Shown: one piece after another, positions 36,367 to 37,784 of the stretch
Layout of the letters: every line of letters begins with the position of its first letter
Numbering within the stretch: position 1 is the stretch's first letter
DNA from: Bdellovibrionales bacterium GWB1_55_8
GTDB taxonomy: Bacteria; Bdellovibrionota; UBA1018
NCBI GenBank assembly: GCA_001769835.1
Contig: MEPR01000079.1
Location: forward strand, 24,891-62,674
Length of the DNA: 37,784 nt
Reading direction: 5' to 3'
Notes under the pieces: model-generated
Databases searched by the model: none
What the model was told of the DNA's origin: nothing
The model's input: the letters and a program-made list of their open reading frames with translations, nothing else
Translations under genes and position numbers: made by a program

Positions 36367-37026
36367 ATGTTCAAGAAACTTTTGATGGCGTCCGCGCTGA
36401 GCGTCGCTTTGATCGCGACCGGTTGTGGATCGTCGGTGTCTGGAAATATCACCCTGAAAGGCGATCAATCGATCGTTCTCTCAGATTCCAATGGCGATAC
36501 GGTTGAGCTGAACAATGGACCCGCGGTCCTTCAGTTCAAAGGCAACTTGTTCAAGCCTCGCCTGGAAATCGCCGCTTCCGGCAAAGCTGCTGAGTTCAAG
36601 ATTCCCCGCAAGCTCGCTACCGGTCAACAAAACCGTTTTTACCTGAAAGCCGAGAAGATTGACCAGCAGGTGGATCTCGAAGGAAACACCGCTTTTGAAC
36701 CGATCGGTGTTCGCGAGGAAGTGGGTCTTCAGAGCTGTTATGCTCCCGGCTGGTGCTATGTCGGGTGCTATCGGTATTACGATGGCCGTTGCTACGATCG
36801 CGGCGGTTACCCTTACTATCCACCGGGTGGTGGCTATAGTAACTTCTGTCCCGGCACCCAACAGGTGCGAAGAACTTATGAAGACAGCCGTGAGCTTCTC
36901 CAGATCAAGTTCCGCGACGCGAAGTCGGCGGATCGGGAGATCCTCGGCGTGTTCGATGGTGACCGTGGAGTGTCGAGCCGTTTGACCACGGTGGAGCCTC
37001 TCGGCCCCTGCGTTACGCATTACTGA
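36367..37026 (+). CDS. Lipoprotein with a Cys/Tyr/Gly-rich insertion
   Basis: Lipobox LIATG-C, RBS AAGGGAG, and SCYAPGWCYVGCYRYYDGRCYDRGGYPYYPPGGGYSNFCPG. Confidence 0.87.
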   Translation: MFKKLLMASALSVALIATGCGSSVSGNITLKGDQSIVLSDSNGDTVELNNGPAVLQFKGNLFKPRLEIAASGKAAEFKIPRKLATGQQNRFYLKAEKIDQQVDLEGNTAFEPIGVREEVGLQSCYAPGWCYVGCYRYYDGRCYDRGGYPYYPPGGGYSNFCPGTQQVRRTYEDSRELLQIKFRDAKSADREILGVFDGDRGVSSRLTTVEPLGPCVTHY

Positions 37027-37063
37027 TCTCGGACGCGGAAGGCATCCGGATCTGAAAGCATGG

Positions 37064-37097
37064 ACGGGTGGGCGTGTATCGCTCACCCGTTTTTTTT
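37064..37097 (+). terminator. Intrinsic terminator
   Basis: ACGGGTGGGCG-TGTAT-CGCTCACCCGT followed by T7. Confidence 0.88.
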
Positions 37098-37111
37098 GAT
37101 AAGAGAACGGG

Positions 37112-37784
37112 GTGTTCCTGGTTCCCCTGTTGGCCGCAAACCCGCTCCTGCTCGTGTTTCTGGTGGCAGCGATCGGATTCCCGCTTGGACGTGTCCGTTG
37201 GGGCGGCGCGACTCTGGGTGTGTCGGCCGTGCTTTTCGTGGGTCTCGTGTTTGGCGCGATGGATCCAAGCCTCGTTATTCCTGAACTCTTCACCACTTTT
37301 GGTCTGACGCTTTTTGTTTATACGATCGGACTGAGTAGCGGCCCCGTGTTCTTTTCGTCCTTCCGTAAAAAAGGAATCACCGAAACGGCCTTTGTGATCG
37401 CGATGCTGGGTGCGACCGCCGCAGTCACGATTCTCCTGTCCAGAGTGCTGTTTTCTTTCGACAGTGCCACTTCCGCGGGTTTGTTCACGGGGGGGCTCAA
37501 TAATACGCCTGCCTTGGCGGCCGTTCTGGATCAGATCAAAAGGTTGTCTGAAACAACTGGGGCGGAGCCCATTTCCAACCCGGTCGTTGCGTATTCCATC
37601 GCTTATCCGTTTGGCGTTCTGGGGACAATTCTTGCGATCATGCTCGCACGCAAACTTTGGGGTTCGAAGGAACTCGCGCTTTCCGAGGGCGATCCGGCCG
37701 CCCAGGGAAAACTTCTGAGTCGAACGATTCTGGTCACCCGACCCGGAGTTGTGGGGCGATCGCTCTCGGACCTTGCTCGCGAGA
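37112..37784 (+). CDS. AspT/YidE/YbjL-family antiporter (3' end runs off the window; absent from the ORF track)
   Basis: Manual translation from GTG 37112 gives ...NPLLLVFLVAAIGFPLGRVRWGGATLGVSAVLFVGL...FGLTLFVYTIGLSSGP...GLFTGGLNNTPALA...YSIAYPFGVLG. Confidence 0.9.
   Translation, partial: MFLVPLLAANPLLLVFLVAAIGFPLGRVRWGGATLGVSAVLFVGLVFGAMDPSLVIPELFTTFGLTLFVYTIGLSSGPVFFSSFRKKGITETAFVIAMLGATAAVTILLSRVLFSFDSATSAGLFTGGLNNTPALAAVLDQIKRLSETTGAEPISNPVVAYSIAYPFGVLGTILAIMLARKLWGSKELALSEGDPAAQGKLLSRTILVTRPGVVGRSLSDLARE

Overview
A 37.8 kb chromosomal window that looks like a Bdellovibrionota/Oligoflexia bacterium. This is inferred from a TIGR02147/DUF4423 regulator, a shortened PEP carboxylase, two sigma54 activators and many lineage-type secreted hypothetical proteins. 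The left end is housekeeping: gmk (partial), accA, an orphan fliL, an FHA-sigma54 activator, engB, an S66 LD-carboxypeptidase and tRNA-Leu(CAA). After the tRNA come decayed genes, then a DUF4423 regulator facing away from four secreted-protein genes, with a perfect 20-bp palindrome between them. Next are a DUF5996/Gfo pair, a three-gene secreted repeat-protein operon, a ZIP transporter, an adenylate cyclase-TPR gene and several lipoproteins. These are followed by a Ser/Thr kinase plus FHA-GAF-sigma54 activator pair, a 63-aa-repeat lipoprotein, RNase HI, ppc, and a partial AspT/YidE antiporter. The best candidates for an undescribed system are two. The first is the self-contained kinase -> sigma54-activator -> enhancer/IHF/sigma54 promoter -> outer-membrane protein + lipoprotein cassette. 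The second is the DUF4423 operator/secreted-operon module. Window-wide, I read six sigma54 -24/-12 motifs and many sigma70 promoters that abut start codons, suggesting leaderless mRNAs. No integrase, transposase, CRISPR array or rRNA was seen. All family calls come from motif recognition by eye, not from database searches.
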